Shown one piece after another: positions 60,337-64,000 of a stretch of 64,000 nt of DNA. This DNA is from Trueperaceae bacterium. Its GTDB lineage: Bacteria > Deinococcota > Deinococci > Deinococcales > Trueperaceae. The stretch covers positions 2,112,001 to 2,176,000 of the forward strand of contig CBDCDZ010000004.1 of NCBI GenBank assembly GCA_965215565.1. The letters are read 5' to 3'. The notes beneath the pieces were generated by a model, which ran no database searches, was not told the origin of the DNA, and was given only the letters and a program-made list of their open reading frames with translations. Each line of letters begins with the position of its first letter. Positions within the stretch are counted from its first letter, which is position 1. Both the position numbers and the translations under genes were made by a program.

Positions 60337-61167
60337 CTATGGTGAGGTGCTCTGCAAGGTACCGGTGGTGATGCCGTACTCGAGCGCGGGCTCTTCCTCC
60401 CCTACAAAGATATTTACGGTGCGCTCGAAGCTCGGATTCATCGTGTCGGCGATCTGCGCGGTGACTTGTTGGTTGCCGTTTACGGTATCTGCTAAGTCTA
60501 ATGTGATTAACGCGCCGCAACCGTACTGCGCCAAGAGGTCACGGCTCACCGCGACTTGACGCCAGGGCTGCAAGGGGATGCTGCACGCACCCGACTCGGC
60601 GGTGATGAACGCGAAACCGACACGGTTAAGGTTGACTGCGCCTACCGGGGCAGCTTGTACCTCTTCCGAAGAGGTTGCCACTTCGGTCTGCGTCGCAGCG
60701 TCGCCCGCTTGCGCCTCCTCCGCGCTCACCTCGGCATCTTGCGCAGGCTCAGCGTCTACTTGCGCAGCGTCCTCGCTCGAGCCGCCTTCTGCTTGCGCTG
60801 CGCTATCTGCTGCGCTGCCCTCTACGTCTCCCTCGGCAGACGTACCGGCGCTCGCCTCGTCAGGCGTCACGTCGACCGCGCTGACCTCTTCTGAGAGTGC
60901 CTCTTCGCCGCCGACCTCTTCTGAGGATTCGTTCTGTGCGGTTTCTCCCTGTACAGTTTCTCCGGGTGCTCCGGGCTGCTCCGCCTGGTTCCCCGACGCA
61001 TCCTCTGAAGGAATCACCTCGTCATCCGCAGTTTGCTCCGCGCCCGGCGGGTTGTCCGCCGCCCCGCCACCCCGCATAGGCGCGGCGCTCAGGGCGAGCA
61101 CTAAGATGGCGACGAGCAAGACGCCGATTCCGGCGAGGAGGGCAAGGTCAATCTGACGCTGATTCAT
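60337..61167 (-). CDS. Membrane-anchored protein with acidic linker and degenerate 3D/DPBB-like C-terminal domain
   Basis: N-terminal TM, long E/A/S-rich linker, VAVSRDL..YG.G..ADTM..VNIFV. Confidence 0.65.
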   Translation of the reverse strand: MNQRQIDLALLAGIGVLLVAILVLALSAAPMRGGGAADNPPGAEQTADDEVIPSEDASGNQAEQPGAPGETVQGETAQNESSEEVGGEEALSEEVSAVDVTPDEASAGTSAEGDVEGSAADSAAQAEGGSSEDAAQVDAEPAQDAEVSAEEAQAGDAATQTEVATSSEEVQAAPVGAVNLNRVGFAFITAESGACSIPLQPWRQVAVSRDLLAQYGCGALITLDLADTVNGNQQVTAQIADTMNPSFERTVNIFVGEEEPALEYGITTGTLQSTSP

Positions 61168-61258
61168 ACCCCTATAGTGAGCTTCTTGGTGTGAGAATGT
61201 CAATATCTTGTAGTGGGTCTGTTTCATGAACGACTTGCGGGGTTACGTCATTATAAAG

Positions 61259-61324
61259 TTGAAAGCAATGAGCAACGAGTGAACCTCTTAAGACTCATTG
61301 CTCGTTGCTCACTCCTCGTCGCTC
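61259..61324. repeat. Heptamer (GAGCAAY) palindromic element
   Basis: ttgaaagcaatgagcaacgagt-gaacctcttaag-actcattgctcgttgctc. Confidence 0.75.
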
Positions 61325-61380
61325 AAAACAATGTAGCGCCTTCACTTGCACCTCTTCACGTGAACGCTCAGCATAAAGCT

Positions 61381-61581
61381 ATGGATTTTGAAGATGCGAT
61401 GCTCTGGGGAATTGGCGCGGTGGCGCTGCTCTTTATCGGACTCCTCGCGTTCGGCGCGCCGCTCTTTTTGAGCTTGGGGCTCGGCCTACTGGGGGGCGCA
61501 GGGGCGACGTTTTATATGTACAGGCGGGGCAATAAGCCTGAGGTGAAGAAGCGGGACGTAGGCAGCGAGGAGCAAGAGTAA
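61381..61581 (+). CDS. Small 2-TM membrane protein
   Basis: 66 aa, two hydrophobic segments and a basic tail. Confidence 0.65.
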   Translation: MDFEDAMLWGIGAVALLFIGLLAFGAPLFLSLGLGLLGGAGATFYMYRRGNKPEVKKRDVGSEEQE

Positions 61582-61848
61582 GGCTCGAGCTTCTATTTAT
61601 CCAGCGCAAGTGAACTGGTTTCGGCTCTCGAGTCGCCCTCGCGACTTTTATTGGCAGCTTTTAGAAGTTCTATAGGCGTTAGACATTTTCGGCACTACTA
61701 TCTAGGCGCTCTACACGCCTCCCACGTGCTGCGAACTGTCTGGGTAAGCCTCGAGACGCGCCACCTCTTCGCCCCGTCCTACACTACAGAAAGTGAACAC
61801 TTATAAAGCAAATGCAGTGTCCCAGAGGCATCTTCTCGAGAGGTTGAT

Positions 61849-63006
61849 ATGAACATCGCGGTACTCCTCCACAGCAGCGCGGGCGGCAGCGGCGTCGTCG
61901 CCACCGAACTCGGGCTCTGCTACGCCAAGATGGGACACAGCGTCCACTTCGTCGCCAACCGCGTGCCCTTCCGCCTAACTGAGTCGGGGCAGGCGAACGT
62001 CTACTATCACCAGGTGGAGAGCATGTCCTACCCGCTCTTCGACGCGCCCCTAACCACCTTGGCGGAAGCGTCGAAGCTCGCTGAAGTGATTGAGGAGTAC
62101 GGCGTCGAGGTCATCCACGCGCACTACGCCATCCCGCACGCGGCGGCGGCGGTGATGGCTCGAGACATGGTCCACGCGGACCCCAAACCCGTCGTCGTGA
62201 CGACGCTGCACGGCACAGACGTTACCCTGGTTGGGCTAGACCGCGCCTATTTGCGCGCCACGCAGTATTCCATCGAACGCTCCGACGTCGTCACCGCCGT
62301 CAGTCAGTATCTGGCGGACTACACGCGCAGTGAGATGGGCGTGAAGCGCGACATCATGGTCGTGCCGAACGCGGTGGACCACGCCCGCTTCAAACCGCAA
62401 GGACCCAAGGAGCTGCGCCAGCGCTACGCCCACCCCGACGAAAAACTCGTCGTCCACGTTTCCAACTTTCGTCCGCTCAAGCGCGTGGACGACGTGGTCC
62501 GCACCTTCGCGCGCGTCGCGGAAGAGGTCGGCGCGCGGCTGCTGATGGTGGGCGACGGTCCCGAGCGGCAAAAGGCGCTCTCGCTCGCCGCCGAACTCAA
62601 CATCGGCGGGCGCGTCTCCTTCTTGGGCTCGTTCCCGCGCGTCGAGGACATCTTCGCGATCAGCGACCTCTTCTTGCTGCCGAGCACCGAGGAGTCGTTC
62701 GGCTTGGCGGCGTTAGAGGCGATGGCGTCGGGCGTGCCCGTCGTCGCGAGTCGCGTTGGCGGTATACCCGAAGTCGTCGTGGACGGCGAGACGGGCTTTC
62801 TCTGCGCGCCCAAAGACGTCGCGGCGATGGCGGAAGCGTCCTTGAAGCTCCTTACAGATAGCGCGCTGCACGCGCGCATGAGCCACGCGGCGCGCTCGAG
62901 GGCGACGGACTGCTTCAGCGAGAACGAGGTGGTGCCGCTCTACACGCAGGCTTACGAGCGGGCTTTGGCGCGTTCGCCGAGAGCAACCGTGGCGAGCGGC
63001 GCGTAA
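61849..63006 (+). CDS. bshA: N-acetyl-alpha-D-glucosaminyl L-malate synthase (bacillithiol synthesis)
   Basis: [48 protein letters not shown]. Confidence 0.95.
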   Translation: MNIAVLLHSSAGGSGVVATELGLCYAKMGHSVHFVANRVPFRLTESGQANVYYHQVESMSYPLFDAPLTTLAEASKLAEVIEEYGVEVIHAHYAIPHAAAAVMARDMVHADPKPVVVTTLHGTDVTLVGLDRAYLRATQYSIERSDVVTAVSQYLADYTRSEMGVKRDIMVVPNAVDHARFKPQGPKELRQRYAHPDEKLVVHVSNFRPLKRVDDVVRTFARVAEEVGARLLMVGDGPERQKALSLAAELNIGGRVSFLGSFPRVEDIFAISDLFLLPSTEESFGLAALEAMASGVPVVASRVGGIPEVVVDGETGFLCAPKDVAAMAEASLKLLTDSALHARMSHAARSRATDCFSENEVVPLYTQAYERALARSPRATVASGA

Positions 63007-63986
63007 GGAACTGCATCTACAGCGAGGCTGAGGGAGCTGAATAGGGGCTCAGCCAGCCCCACACGCAACCGCTCGTGCGCCGCGAGCGCAATCATCGCGC
63101 CGTTGTCCGTCGCCAGTGAGAGGGGCGGCATGTGCACCTCCAGCGCCGTTTCCGCCAGCCGCTCACGCAACCGCCGGTTCGCCGCCACACCGCCCGCGAC
63201 GACGAGCCGCCTGTGCCCTGCCGCCTGCGCCGCCCGGAGCGTCACGCTGACCAGGCTCTCCACCGCCACGCGCTCGAAACTCGCCGCGACGTCGGCGCGT
63301 TCTATCTCGGGTTGCTTTTGCAGGAGGACCGAGACCGCCGTTTTAAGCCCGCTAAACGAGAAGTCGAAGCCCGTTTGGGTGCGCAGCGGCACGGTGAAGT
63401 TTACCGCGTGCGCGTCACCCGCTTCGGCGAGTTGGCTCAGCGCGGGTCCGCCCGGATAGCCGAGCCCCAGAAGCCGCGCCACCTTGTCGAAGGCTTCACC
63501 CGCTGCGTCATCGCGGCTGTGCCCGAGCGCGGCGTACGCGCCCCACGCCTTTACATCGAAGAGGCTCGTGTGTCCGCCCGAAGCGATGAGGCAGAGAAAG
63601 GGCGGCTGCACGCTGCCCCCATTTGAGCCGAGGCTCGAGGCGATGTGTCCCTCGAGGTGATGAATGGGTAAAAAGGGCAACTCCCGCGCCCACGCCAACG
63701 CTTTGGCGTAGTTCAGACCGACCAAGAGCGCCCCGACGAGTCCGGGACCATACGTCGCGGCGACGGCGGTGACATCGTCTAACGCGACACCCGCCTCCGC
63801 CAAGGCGCGCCGCACCACCTCGCCAATGACCGAGAGGTGCTCGCGGCTCGCCTGCTCGGGCATGACGCCGCCGAAGGGCGCGTGCAGCGCAGTCTGCGAG
63901 GCGATGACGTTGGCGATGACCTCACCGTTTCTGACGACGCCAACGCCCGTGTCGTCACAAGAGGTGTCGATGCCTAAAATAATCAC
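62952..63986 (-). CDS. tsaD: tRNA N6-adenosine threonylcarbamoyltransferase
   Basis: GIDTSCDDT, GGVMPE.ASREH, GPGL, HHLEGH, SGGHT, DDAAGEAFDK, FSFSGLKT, TDNGAMIA. Confidence 0.97.
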   Translation of the reverse strand: MIILGIDTSCDDTGVGVVRNGEVIANVIASQTALHAPFGGVMPEQASREHLSVIGEVVRRALAEAGVALDDVTAVAATYGPGLVGALLVGLNYAKALAWARELPFLPIHHLEGHIASSLGSNGGSVQPPFLCLIASGGHTSLFDVKAWGAYAALGHSRDDAAGEAFDKVARLLGLGYPGGPALSQLAEAGDAHAVNFTVPLRTQTGFDFSFSGLKTAVSVLLQKQPEIERADVAASFERVAVESLVSVTLRAAQAAGHRRLVVAGGVAANRRLRERLAETALEVHMPPLSLATDNGAMIALAAHERLRVGLAEPLFSSLSLAVDAVPYAPLATVALGERAKARS

Positions 63987-64000
63987 GCCGTAAGTCTATC

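Overview
A 64-kb, GC-rich bacterial chromosome segment, most likely Deinococcota (Trueperaceae-like). This is inferred from an AbxC-type bacilliredoxin with TCHKT, bshA, split nitrilase + NadE, an aqualysin-like protease, DUF3084-lptB and pervasive leaderless genes. It holds about 60 mostly housekeeping CDSs (recQ, rseP, dtd, udg, hrcA, moaD/E, lepB, htrA, tag, panE, nadE, lptB, aceE/aceF, proA, bshA, tsaD) and one tRNA-Ser(GGA). Non-routine content: (1) a complete 776-bp IS1-family element with an 8-bp TSD, inserted just after the catalytic KxDGS motif of a T4 Rnl1-like RNA ligase; (2) a ykkC-motif riboswitch whose guanidine-pocket nucleotides are altered, upstream of a YdcZ/DUF606-type transporter; (3) an AT-rich two-gene islet (wHTH-like unknown + NYN RNase) with a 9-9-9 inverted repeat and a structured leader; (4) a dense, nested intergenic mobilome: an ~110-bp MITE-like family (8 copies), GTAG-type REP palindromes, heptamer-built palindromic elements, and 22-23-nt hairpin insertions inside these repeats; (5) an orphan speE 3' remnant abutting a truncated MITE copy; (6) a candidate ~105-nt sRNA; (7) strong over-representation of CTCGAG. 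All calls come from reading the sequence and ORF track; no database searches were run.
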